From Dimorphilus gyrociliatus (lineage: Eukaryota > Animalia > Annelida): DNA of 64,000 nt. Of the stretch, positions 26,470 to 39,093 are shown piece after piece (the stretch's first letter is position 1; each line of letters begins with the position of its first letter). The stretch spans positions 2,177,899-2,241,898 of the forward strand of contig CAJFCJ010000014.1 in NCBI GenBank assembly GCA_904063045.1, given 5' to 3'. The notes below the pieces were generated by a model. It saw only the letters and a program-made list of their open reading frames with translations, made no database searches and had not been told where the DNA came from. Both the position numbers and the translations under genes were made by a program.

Positions 26470-27211
26470 CTATTTCGTTACACTAATGATAATTAGATTG
26501 TCTCTAGAAGGATAAACCAAAAATAACACCAAGCAATATTCCAATGACAACCCATAAAATAATTCCGATTCCTATGCTAATTAAAGTCAGACTTCTAGCG
26601 CTTTTAGCATTTGCCTTAGCAGATGACAGATTTCCTCTTTGTAGGGCTCGTCGCGTCTGTTAAAATTATATTAAAAGTTAATTTCCTAGGATTTCTAACA
26701 CGATTAAGGTATCTAATTTAAGAATCTATCGCAAAAACAGAGAATTTATTTTCTTGCTCTCTCTTCCTTTTTTTCGTCACTGGAAAAGCAATTTCCATAG
26801 CTCTATTTAACTTTCCGTTACTAAGAGATTTCTTAATTTAAACGTAAACTACAATTTCCCCCTTTGTTGGATGATACTTTCTAGACAAATTTTCTTGTAA
26901 AACATTTCCATATTTGAACTTCCTTATTACTTAACTCTCGATGGTTGAGTCGTTAAATAGTGATTGTACTAGAATTTTGGTAGATGAATATTCATACTTA
27001 TTACGTATTGTGTAAAACATTCAAGACAAACCCTAAGGGAACTGACAAGAGCTCCAACTCCAATTGGCCAAAAGCAAAAAAAGGTGGTAAAGAGAGCCAA
27101 AGCTACACTATAATTTGGTATAGTATCTTGCGTTTCTCCATTACATTCTGACTCATGAAGAACGATGGTATTCTCTTCATTGATGTTTGGTATTTCAATG
27201 TTTGTCTGCAT
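26470..27211 (-). CDS. CD225/dispanin-family membrane protein (PRRT/IFITM-like), 2 coding exons
   Basis: PNYSVALALFTTFFCFWPIGVGALVSSLR is spliced (agg|gtttgt ... ttaacag) to TRRALQRGNLSSAKANAKSARSLTLISIGIGIILW...SVTK*, the canonical CD225 pattern. Confidence 0.87.
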
Positions 27212-27703
27212 TAGGCTAAAATTGATAATAGGTGATAAATGTTAGTAAAATAATTAAATATGTAAATGTAAATATCCTTATAAAAGCATATAATGTCTTT
27301 TATATATAGCTGTGTAAATAGACAGTTTTACTATTGTAGATATACATATATACAGTATAAACAGTGCATATAGTATATATATTATATAAACTACAAGAAG
27401 AATTGACAATAAAGTAATGCGTTACATGGTTTTTTTTTAATAATTTAGTTTATTTTCTTTATTTTAATTAATAAGAAAGGTCTATACTTACAAGTATTAA
27501 AAAAAAAACTGTATCCTTTCTTCTCCTTCTTCAATTCTCTTTTTTTTAAATATTTAAATATTGTTTTTATACTACCAGAGATAATATCTCAAATATTTCT
27601 AGCATAACTCCTTCGGATTTGTTCTTGCGCTTACATCCTACTTTCTTACTGAATCTAAACGGTTCAGTGTGCGAGGAAGTTCCTACCTAATATTGACCTA
27701 ATA

Positions 27704-27712
27704 CGCCATCTA
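27704..27712 (-). promoter_or_regulatory. CTCF-like core motif (TAGATGGCG)
   Basis: About 500 bp upstream of the dispanin ATG, between it and the 3' end of the prohormone gene. Confidence 0.35.
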
Positions 27713-28864
27713 TGTCTTGTTTCTAGCATAAATTTGGAAAGAAAAGAAAAAGAGGGAGGAGGAGAAGAAGGTGACCAAGTAGAAGAATGGAAGAATGTGG
27801 AAAAGGGGGAATAAGTAAAAGACGAGAGAATGATATGAATATTTTTGATTATTATTAGTTAAGTGGGTATTGTTAATGAAATAATTTGTAAAATCATTTT
27901 TTATCTCTTGTGAATATTTCATTGAGAAAAGAAGATTAATTAAAATATGTAAGGAATGTTATTTGATCTGGCTGAACATTTTGTCATGACATCATATTAA
28001 TCATTTTTTCTTCGATATCTCTCTATATAGATACAAAATGTATATAAGGTAGTTATTCAAATACGGTTTATATATATTGCCATTGTTATTGACTAATGGT
28101 AAATGGTTTAGGCTTTTAGTCCAACATTAATTTTCCCGAAACAGGACGTTTCAAAATGGTAAATTATAGAAGAAAATAGAGAAAATCTCTCTTAAAAGTT
28201 AGCAATTCAAATCGCTTATTTTGTTTTACATTTTTACTGTTATAGGATAAATGAATGTTGAATCTATTAACAAAAACCAATAGAAAAAAAATAACTGCTT
28301 TTTTTTATGTTTTTCTTTCTTTTTCTTTACTTTTTTCACGACATTGTGTTAAATATTTTTTTGTGAATTTTTTTCGATTTTGCACTTTTGAAACATTGAA
28401 ACAAAAAAAAAGAGAGGAAAAAAAAAAAGAAAAAAACGAATAAGAAAAAAGGTTTTTTCTTGTTTTTTCAATTATGTTTTTCTTTAAAACTTTTACAATT
28501 CTTTTTTAATCTTTTAGAAGAGAAATTTTTTTGTTTTTTAACTTTTGTTTTATGCTTTTTTTTTAATTTTCTTTTTTTGTATATTTATATATAAATAATG
28601 TATTTAATAATAATCTTTCACTTTTTCCTTATATATATCTTTGTTTATGTTTTATTATAGCTATTAAATTATTAATTATCTTTATAGAATACTAATTTTA
28701 AAAACTTTTCTTCATATCGTTTTTTTATTTTTTTTTTTTCTTCTTCATCTTGTAATTTATTTACTTTTTTGTTTATGTTGGTTGTTTATTTGTTGATTTT
28801 TGTGTTATATGTTAATTTTTTTTTTAGTTCTTTTTAGATTTATGTAGTTTTTTTTTTTTTTTTT

Positions 28865-29146
28865 TCATTTTCGTCTCTTTCCAGATCTTACGGCTTTCAA
28901 ACAATGCATGAATACGTGCTGGTCGCATCTACAACAGAAATTTACATCTAAAAGCTGAGGCCAATAATTTCCACAGTTGACGCAAACGTCGACGATTTGT
29001 ACGGGAATCGTGTCAGTTTCTGCCAGTTTCTTTTCGCATTTGTCGTAATCGCACAAATTTACCGAACATGATACTTTACTAGTTAGGCAGAGTAAGAGTA
29101 TCGGCAGGATGGAGGAAGTTAACAATCTCCTTAAATTGATTTTCAT
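28865..29146 (-). CDS. Secreted cysteine-rich prohormone (8 Cys, C-terminal amidation signal); possible CHH/ITP-fold relative
   Basis: Signal peptide ending VSC|S. Cys at 32, 37, 55, 58, 71, 72, 74 and 82; ends ...LKAVRS-GKRRK*. A splice-acceptor-like tcaatcag lies immediately before the ATG. The confidence is for a real secreted peptide gene; the family call is weaker. Confidence 0.85.
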   Translation of the reverse strand: MKINLRRLLTSSILPILLLCLTSKVSCSVNLCDYDKCEKKLAETDTIPVQIVDVCVNCGNYWPQLLDVNFCCRCDQHVFMHCLKAVRSGKRRK

Positions 29147-29357
29147 CTGATTGAATAAAATATAATTAATAGCTTGATAAATATAAATTATCGATAGATG
29201 TTAATAAACAAATATGTCGAGTTGATAAAGTAATTAACGTTAATTAATATGAAAGTAAGAATTACGTAAAAAAATTTCTCTAATAAATTTATCACTTTAT
29301 TTAATAATCCAATTTTTTAAAACACTATTTCAACCAGAAAGAGAAGATAAGAATATT

Positions 29358-29391
<34 letters not shown>

Positions 29392-32300
29392 ATTGATTTA
29401 CATATTCTTACACGCATGATAGACACTTGTGATCTCATTTCCTGTCATGAGGAGAATAAATGTAGAATTTTTTTCTCTAATTAAAATTGTACAGATAAAT
29501 TAATTGCTTAGAGTAGCTAAAATATAATTTACATATCTCTTCCTACCACCCTCTCTCATTCCCTCCCTCCCCCCTCTCGCACTCTTTTTCTAAGTGTATT
29601 TAACACAAAAAAATAAAAATTAGATTATACAATAGTTCTATGCAGGAGATTTCAATACATACTTAAAGAATGGAGGCTATGGAGATTAAATTAAATACAC
29701 TTTAAAAAAAAAACTAGTATAAAGAGCATTTTGAAACTAGATAATATATTTATAGATATAAAAAAATATGTTTATAGGACTATAAATATTTCGGAAATGG
29801 AAATCAAACAAATAGAGCCAAAAAAAGGTTTAATTAAAGGATTTTGATCGTGTGAAGATTAAAATAAAAGAGCTATATAATGCATTAGTTGATTGTTATT
29901 AATACAACAAAATTATATAAAGGTACAATAATACGACTACTGAAAGAAATCATTCCCTTAAGGTAAAGAATTGCCGGAAAATAAATTTTAAACAGACGAT
30001 GCTTAATGCTTATTAATAAATTTCCATTAGCTTAGAATATTAAAACATGAAACATTTTTTTTCAAAAGAGGTTACAAAAGACTTTTTAACAAAAGGAGAA
30101 AATGAATAGAGTTCTTATATTACCTTCTAATAAGAGAAGATAATTGCGATAACGATAAGAGTAGAATATATTAAAAATACAACCTCACACATTCTCCTGT
30201 GAGGATAATAAATATATTTATCTATTGTATTTTGTCTATTGACAAAATAATTGATGCTATTATTCAATTTTTGTATTAATGATAATTATAAAGTAGTTAT
30301 AGTATAAAGGAAAATAATTAATTAACTTTGTTAACGTTTCAATAGGCTTTCTTTTAACATATTATTTTTCTTTTTTATCCTCTTTCTCCAAAAATTATAA
30401 CAACACAGCAAAAAAACAGTCTATTGTGTATATTAGGTTACTTTTGAATTAATTATTCAAATCGAAAAGTTCATGTGAATTATCTCCCGTGTCTTTCTTT
30501 TATTCATTTTTTATTCTTTGAACTACCACTATCTTCTTTACATTATTAATTTGTGTTTTATTTTGCAACTTCATTGGGTAATATATATCATATATAGAGT
30601 ATAGTTTTTTTCAACTACTCCCCCATCTTCCTCCCACTCTCATCTCTGTCTATACGTATATAAATCGTTTATTCCTTTATTATATCTAATATTTAAAATC
30701 GGAATCAACTTATTCAGCAACACGCTATCCACTCAAATTAACCATTAAGCACGATTTCATAGATAATTAGGGAAGAATTTTAGAGTTTATTTCAAGTTTC
30801 CGGTTTAAAAAAATTCATATTGCGTAAAAGAAACCTAGATAAAAATTATTCCGTCTCTTCCATTTATAGGCTTCATAGAACATCTAAAGCATTGATGCTT
30901 GAGTATTGATTCGAGGGGAACAAATTTCTGTTTTTTATTCTTTTTTAAAATATATACAAATTTACAGTTTATTATTTATAAAGGCTTTGTAAAAATTCTT
31001 TTCTTTCGAAATAATATCTCTATATACAATGAGAAATATTTTTTATATACAAAATCTATACATTATCCCCTTATTAATGGTTGATCGGGTATTAATCTTT
31101 TGATCGAGGTCTTAATTTACTTCCTTTAGTAACAATAATTCCCTTTTGCTAAATTCTCTTTCCGGATATACTTCTTTTATATGCTTAAAAGTAAAAGAAA
31201 ATCATACAATTTACTATATGTACTGTTTATAGTTCACTATAATCCCTCGAGATGACTTTTTATGCTAATATAAGTACTTTTGTCAAAATGAAATGCCAAA
31301 ACTCTCTCCTTTCTATATTCAAAGTAATAGCGGAAACTCTAAATATAAAGTTATAGTCTCTTTTCTAAGAACAAACTTTTGCTTCGTAATACTTTTAAAG
31401 TATTAGTAGTTACAATTGACGTAAGTCAAGAGGATATACAAGAGCAGAGTGGAGGCAGACAGACAGACAGGAAGACAGGCAGACAGAAAAAGAGAGAGGA
31501 AGCGAGGATAGAAAAATACAGACAGAGAATAATAACAGCTTTATAATCTGTTAGCCTATCTATAGAATTCTCTTTCAAACCAAGTTACTCAACCAATTAA
31601 ATAATAATTTTCTCTATAAGGGTAGTTAGACAATCAAAGTAAAAGAGATGAATCGCTTTCTCACGTTCTTTTAAAGCTCTTACGTTATGGCGCAATTCGA
31701 ACTTAAATCACGTATTTTATACCTGATAGAAAAAAGTTACCTTTAGACTAAATATTACTATATTTAGTATAGTTGATATATATCTAATTGAAGTGAAACA
31801 ATGAAGTAATTGCGAAAAAATATACAGACATCTTATATATACAAATATAAATTATAATATATGATGTTATATACATATGAACAAATAAAAATTCTTGTAA
31901 CATATTGAAGTAATAAATCTATTTTTTCTTTTTAAAAAAAAAAAGATAGAGATAAAAAGTAAAATTTTCCATAAATATTTCACTAATCGGTTTATTTTTC
32001 AAGAAAATAATCCGTTGTTTATTGCTTAAGGGTAAGAAAAAAGATTGACTACGTGCTATATTTAAATCGTTATAAGTGGAATGTAATATATGTACGTGAT
32101 TCAATTAGGTTAAAAAGTGGTCGTTTATCAGAAATATATTTGTCTAATCAGTACTAGTCTTGATTTTTATCTCTGTTGTATTTCCTTTCTTTTCTTTTGA
32201 AAAAGAAGCAATCTGTATCCATTTAATATAGTTGTAACGAAATAATTTAATTTAGTCTTTATATATCTTATTTGTAAAATACAATAGAAATAGTTGATTC

Positions 32301-33113
32301 AAGGTCAATGAATAAGATTATATATATTATATATTATACATATATATACAGCATTTCTTCTTTCTAAAATCGAAAGAGATTATTCTTCAGTTATAAAATG
32401 TGTCAGAGTGAAGACACAAATGAAATAATTAATACTTTTGTCTATTAATAATTCAATATTAGTAGATATGAAAAAGATATTTATAAATATAATTATCGTA
32501 GTTTAAGTTCAAAATAATAAAAATAACAATTCAATTTATTATTCTTTTTAAAAGAAGAACAAAAGAATTAAAGGGAAAAACGGAAAGTGAATAAAAGGTG
32601 TTTAACAAACCTCCCACAACTTATTTATTATGTATATTATATTGAGAAATTGTTAATGTCTTTTTTATTACAGATATTCATTTTGGGTAAGAGGTTCACC
32701 CGCAATAATACTTTTATTACTCTATATAAATTCATACTAATAATAATAGTAAAATATTTATGTTTTCCCCTTTAACAGCCATTTCATACATCCTTATTTT
32801 GAAACAAAACCCCCGCATATACATATATATATATATATAAATATATATATATATACTTTCACTTTATCTATAATTGATTGTATATACAGTATAAGCAATT
32901 TTTATACTAAAGATTGAAGAAAGGTATGTTGTGTTACAATTTGTCTCAACTAATGGAATTTAATAATTGCTTTTTATTAATCTTAAACTTTTTCCAACTC
33001 AATTAAAACTTTGTTGTTGTCTTAAGCTACTAATTATACGAGTCTTTCTTCTAAATCTCCTAAAAAGAATAGAAGAAGAAAAGTATAAAAATGGAATTTT
33101 CTTTGATTAGACA

Positions 33114-33130
33114 GGATTAAACCGGAAGTG
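33114..33130 (+). promoter_or_regulatory. Adjacent K50-homeodomain (GGATTA) and ETS (ACCGGAAGTG) sites
   Basis: ggatta at 33114-33119 is followed after 1 nt by a perfect ETS consensus at 33121-33130, inside the coding-free region. Confidence 0.35.
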
Positions 33131-34640
33131 ATTATGTTAAAAAAGAAACTTCAAATGGGAATAAGCCACAGAGAGAGATTTACACATCTCACATACATTT
33201 TATACTTTTTTTTGATTTTCTTAGGTCTCCTATTTGAAGTAAACATTCTGAACAGACTGTAAGCTAAGACAAACCAGATATTTCCCTCTTTTTATTCTCC
33301 TTTTTTCATTGTTATGTATACATTTTTAATAAAGAAGAAAGAACAAAAAAAAGAGTTGTAGAGGAGTATCTATTACTTAATTGTTAATAACGGCAAACAT
33401 TATTAATTGATAGTAAAATCTCTTTACGTGATACGCATACCTTCTTTTAATATTCAATTCTAATTTATGAATAAGTTATTGTTCAATTTACTCATTTTGA
33501 TTAAAGAAGAAATATTAATTAGAGTGGTGCTCTTAACTTGATAGAGTTAATTAAAAATAAGAATTTCGATCCGTAAATTCAAATGTGATAGTATTATACT
33601 TTATTGTTCAAGATTTATAGATGAAGAATGTTTTGTTATACCATATAATCAATTTTTTAACGGGTTTTTGTTTATTTCTTTTTTTTTTTAAAAAAACAAA
33701 TATAACAATTAAATTCATTTTTCATCAATCTCTTTTATAGCCTCTAATCGTAAGAAAATTATTATTGTATTTAAATAAATATAAAAGTAAATTGTTTATA
33801 TTTTCCGTCATTCTGTCATATTTTTTTTATAATTATAATAAAAATACTCTAAATATATATATTTATATAAATAAGTACCATATCTTTCCGCCTTTTAGAG
33901 AAAATAAAGTCATAAATGTTTAAAAAATTGTCCTAAAAAGTGAACAACTCTATAAATAACACTATGGATAAATTGGGAAAAGACAAAGTGAAAGATTCTA
34001 TGAAAAAACTATATATTTATTTTAATATAGTAATATTTTTAAAATGGAAGCTGCCAAATGCATTGATTTCTTGACCTTGAAGTGTAAGATACGTAGAAAG
34101 ATATAAAATATTCAGCACATGCAAACGTATGTTCAGTATATACTAATACATATACATATATAAATATAAACTGTATACAGTATATAACAAGAAAAAATTA
34201 ATTAACTTAACGTTAAATCTTAGTTTAACCTCCTCTTCTATTTCCTGTTGCCTACTTTTCAGGTAATGACCTTTTGAATTCTCTATTTCTCATTTGATTA
34301 CATTTTCCTCTATCAAATAGACACTTTTAAGCAAATAGAACTTAAAGTGACTTACTCTTTTGTAAAATGAAAAAAAAAAGAGGAAAAAGTTAATTTTCTT
34401 TTCTTTAATTTAGATATAAAAAAGGAAGAAATTGAAAGATAAAAAGCAGGAAAGGGAAGAAATTTTCTTTTTCTAAGAAATAGAAAGAGGTTAACGTAAA
34501 AGTTAATCTTCAACAAGCTAATTTAAATTAAGAAAAGAATCAAAAAAACCTATCTTCTTCTACTTTTTATGTTCTTTATCTGCAAAGAACTGGAAGCTTA
34601 CCATATAAACGAATTTTAAATCCTGATAGAGACAATCCAA

Positions 34641-34703
34641 AAAAAACGGCGTTCGACGCCTGATGGAGCGTCTGATTCGCTATGCGAAAGCTATACGTTT
34701 TTT
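34641..34703. other. GC-rich multi-hairpin element flanked by short inverted repeats
   Basis: aaaaaacg (34641-48) and cgtttttt (34696-703) enclose hairpins ggcgt-tcg-acgcc (34648-60) and ttcgc-tat-gcgaa (34676-88). Confidence 0.45.
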
Positions 34704-36000
34704 GTAGGTAGCGCCACTAGAATTTTGATAATAATTCTATATATATAATTTAAAACGCTTGCAGTATTTGCTGTAAAGCATAAATTTGAATATATTAGAT
34801 AGAAGAGTGTAATAAAAGATTCTTCACCTATATGTAAGAGTACATAAAGCAAATACAATATATTATATACACATATAATATACACCGTATAAAAATGTTA
34901 ACGTTATATAGCTATATATATATATATATATATATACTAGAGATATATATATTCTCTTCTTTTAACTTTTATCTCTCTTTATGATATTCATAAGAAATGC
35001 TGAACAGAATAGAAGAAATGTGTAAAACGCAAGTTCCATTCATAGAGATAATTGGATTTTTATGAGTATTTATTTATATACTTTTTACTTAACAAGCTTT
35101 TATAATTATATAGAGGAAGGCATAGATTAGTTGGGAAGAAATTATTATTTAAGTATCAAACCTGATCTTCATAAGAAAAGATGTGAAAAATATTTTCCGG
35201 TACTAATAGGTAAATGGCGTCTTTAACATAGAATAACAATTTTACTGCGGGCAATTGTCGTTAGTGGATATAGCTATAGGCGATTAGTTACGAGTAATAA
35301 ATTTCTTACTTTTTAAAGGCGTATTTAGTGAATACAATTCTCTAAGGCTAAAATAATTGTCTTAGCAAACAGTAGTTTCCTTTACTAAAAATATTAAACG
35401 TTTAACGTGTAACACACTCGTTTTATTATTTTGGGCTTTAAGGCTAAAAAATTACTTATTAGATAAAAAGAAAGAGGATTAAGATTATACATTCAAGAGA
35501 AAAATATGCTCAATTGGATATATATCACTATTAATGCTATTAATTATTACTATTATTACTATAAAGTCTATAAAAAAGAGGCAAAAATAAGAAATCTATA
35601 GATTTATTGATATATAATTTCATCTGTTGGAAGATTGATGACACTTTTCTACTCTTTTCTCTTTCACTATTTCTATGATTGTTGATTAGCGTTATTTCTT
35701 TTTTAATCTAACAAACGGTTTGTCAAAAAATCCTTAGTGAATAAATAGCTAAATAGACAAATCGATACATTATTCCTGTTATTTAAATAAATCATGAAAC
35801 ACCAGTTACCACTTTGGGTAATGAGGCATTCCCTTCTGGAGTTGAACCTAATGAGGAAATGGTATACGAAATCAAATCGTTTGATATAAATATTCAAAGA
35901 ATAATGTGTATTTTCAGTCGAATTTTTAACTGAAATTTGATCAGCTAAATAGTCTGTTTTAAATATTTAAAGTTTTTTATTCTTTCCTGTTTCTACATCC

Positions 36001-36150
36001 TTCTATCTCTCATCTCTCTTTCTGACTCTCTCTCTCCCTCTATCTCTCTGACTCTCTCTATCTCCCACTCACTCCCTCTTTTTCACGTCTATCACTCTCA
36101 CTCACTCTCTCTCTCTCTCCCTCCCTCTCTCTCTCTCTCTCTCTCTCTAT
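36001..36150. repeat. Compound CT-rich tract
   Basis: Imperfect (TC)n over about 150 nt. Confidence 0.85.
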
Positions 36151-39093
36151 CTCTGACAATCGATCTTTGCAATTTCTAATTTTTCTTTTCATGTAAAATT
36201 ATACATATGGAACATGCCCTCTAGAAACTTTTTAAATATTTGCTATAAATATATACATATACAATACTTTAGCTTTTAGTGATGATAAAAGATTGCAAAT
36301 TATAAAGAGTGTCTTACAATTTGTAGGGCACAGTTATGAAAATCTAAAAATAGCTGCAATCTTTTGAAGTTTTTTTTTACCTTTTATGTATTCAAGTTGA
36401 AATAAAAAGGTAAAAATAGGGACAATCTAACAAAAAGAAAAAAAATACAACTTTTATAAAAAAAAAAGAACAATACAATACAAACATATTTTTTTTTAAA
36501 AGAAAAAGTTTAAGCTGTTTAATAAAAACAAAAACAAGAGAAAATGAATGAAAAAGAGAGAAAAAAATGAAATATTTAGTTTTTTTTTTGTACTTTTACT
36601 ATTAATTTATTTCTTTATATTTCTCTATATTTTTTTATATAAGAATTTGATAAAAGAAATGTTTATCCCTCCCAGAAATATTTTTTAATAGAAATAAAAA
36701 AAAAACTTTCTTTTTCATTATTTTTTTTTATATAAAAAAAGTTAAAAAGCGTTACAGCTTGACTCTCTCTCTCTCTCTCTCTTTTTTTCTATTAATCTTA
36801 CCTTTTTGAGTAGGCGAAAAAATCCATGATTAGTTTGCGTAAATATCTGAACTTAGTAAAGGTAATAGAGTCCCAAGGAAATATATTGACGTTTATCTTT
36901 AATTGAAATTTTATGTAAAGTACATATATATATATATATATATTTATAGAAATCTCATAAATTAACCTTTTCTATATTCTACCTAGTCTATAAACTTACT
37001 TTAAATAATTTATATAAATAAATAAAAAGCATTCATTTATAAAGATTCTTGATTAGTTATTGCAATATCTTGGACAAGACAGTTGATGGAATTAACATAC
37101 TTATAAACTATTCACAATGATCAATTAGCTCAATTTATATATCTGCTAATGTCTCTTTTCATACATTATTGTATTCTGTTAATCTCTAAATATGAAGTAG
37201 AAGGTTTGCTTTTATGGATGATTTTCTTTTTCACCAATTATTATTGATATCTATAACTCATTAGAATAGATGGAAAGGAAAGGGTATATATAATTTTAAA
37301 TAAAAATATAAAAATTCTCAGAGAGAAGATAGCACCTAGTTGTCAAGTTAATTTACAGAGTGATAGATTAGAACTTTTTCGTCTTCTTTCTAGATCAAAC
37401 AACCATCGGATAACGGCTTTTTCGTAGCGATAAAGATTAAGAGAACATGATGAAGAATTATATGATATACATGATAATTATCGGAAAATATTTGTTTAAA
37501 ACATAAATTGATTAAATTCTACTTATTTTGATAGAAACTAATACTTTTTGTTTTTATTAAAAAGTATTAAAAAACTGGAATAAATTTATATTTCAGTAAC
37601 ATTTTTAACAGGCAACATTACATCAAAATCATTTAGCTACAACAAACAGTGAAAGATAACCTCTAGGTTTTTGAAGTGAAGGTTTAAGCAAACAAATTTT
37701 TTCTAATAAAACTACCACTTATTTTCTCTTATAACAACAATATTATCTGTCATTCCTTTCTAATTTTTTGTATAGACATAGAGGGAGAATAAACTAAAAG
37801 AGCGAGATGAAGAGAGAGATAGACAGCGAGGGAGGTGGTAGAAAGACACAGAAAGAGAAAGCAGTGAGCACAAAGGGAAAAACATTGGAGTGTAAATTGT
37901 ATTTTCCCCTAAATAAGATTTTTATAATAGAATAAGGCAAGTTTGAAAAAAAAGCCAACTACAGCTGTCGTTTATAAAGCTATCAGTAAATAGAGGGAAC
38001 ATAGGTAATAGTACCATATGCATCTATCGTCCAAGAGATTTATTGTTATTTGATATCCTAAAAACATGACAATAAAACAAAGCGTAGCAGCTATCTATAT
38101 TTCTCTATAATATAGGAAGAAAAGAAAAAATATATCTTTCTATTTCTATTCCTTTGCTGTCTCTCTCTCTCTCACTCTCCCGTGTATATACTGTATATGA
38201 ATACTATCTCAAGATTTAAATGTGAATGAATCAAACTGGATTTTATTCAAGTAGTAATCATCAGACAGTCGTAGAGTTCAATTTAAAATATATGCTTTAT
38301 AAAATAGTACAACATAGAACTCTACAATAAATAAATAGAATAAATATTGCTGTAGATTATAATAGTTAAATATAAATATAAACACATATATTTATATAGC
38401 AATGTTTTTTTCAGAGAGTGTTACCAATTCACCTCAAAAATATGAATACATTTATAAAAAGGTACGAAAATGATAGTGACATAAAGTATATTCAACATAT
38501 ACCTTAATATACATCACTAAATATTTGTAGTAATAATTATAACTTAGCCTTTAAGTCATTAATAGAGAAAAAATATAAAAAATTAAAACTTTTTCTTTTT
38601 CAAAGGTTACAAAATATTAATCTTTTATTCTCTATTGTTGTTTATTGTTATTATTGTTGCCACTTTGCCTCTTTTTCATAATAGAATAAGAAAAAGATGC
38701 TAAATATAAACATTCTCTTTTTAGTATAGTTTTTTTCTTTCTTTATATCATTTTAGTTTATTTACACGATTGTTATTTCTGTTTTTCTTTATTTTTGTTT
38801 TAAGGAAAGTTAAATGTAAAATTAGTAAGAATAGATTAACAGTGATGGGGCTGCGTGTTTACGTGTGTATGTAGAAGAGAGATAGATAGACAGATAGACA
38901 GATATATAGACAGACTAGCTGATATACTGTATATAGGCATGTATATGTATATTGTATATCTAAAGAGAAAATAGAAAAAGAGAAAGAGAATCTGAAGAAA
39001 GAAAATAAATGTAAGACGAGAAGAGTTAATAGGTTAATTTAAAATTTTGAATTTAATTGACCTTGTTCTGTGTTTTTTCATCTGTTTTTTATC

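Noticed and set aside
28848-28867. Retrocopy origin of the prohormone (intronless CDS with A17 right after the stop)
   Set aside because: The A run is part of a several-hundred-nt A-rich tract, no target-site duplication is visible, and an acceptor precedes the ATG.
30899-35897. 60-65 aa ORFs in the coding-free region (30899, 31919, 32587, 34691, 35703)
   Set aside because: Non-ATG or context-free starts and I/F/L/K/Y-biased products typical of random AT-rich DNA.
35785-35935. Coding-looking plus frame ETPVTTLGNEAFPSGVEPNEEMVYEIK
   Set aside because: Bounded by stops with no start or acceptor, and no recognisable family.
37345-37470. Protein-like minus frame NSSSCSLNLYRYEKAVIRWLFDLERRRKSS
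   Set aside because: An in-frame stop lies just upstream with no ATG or AG acceptor in between.
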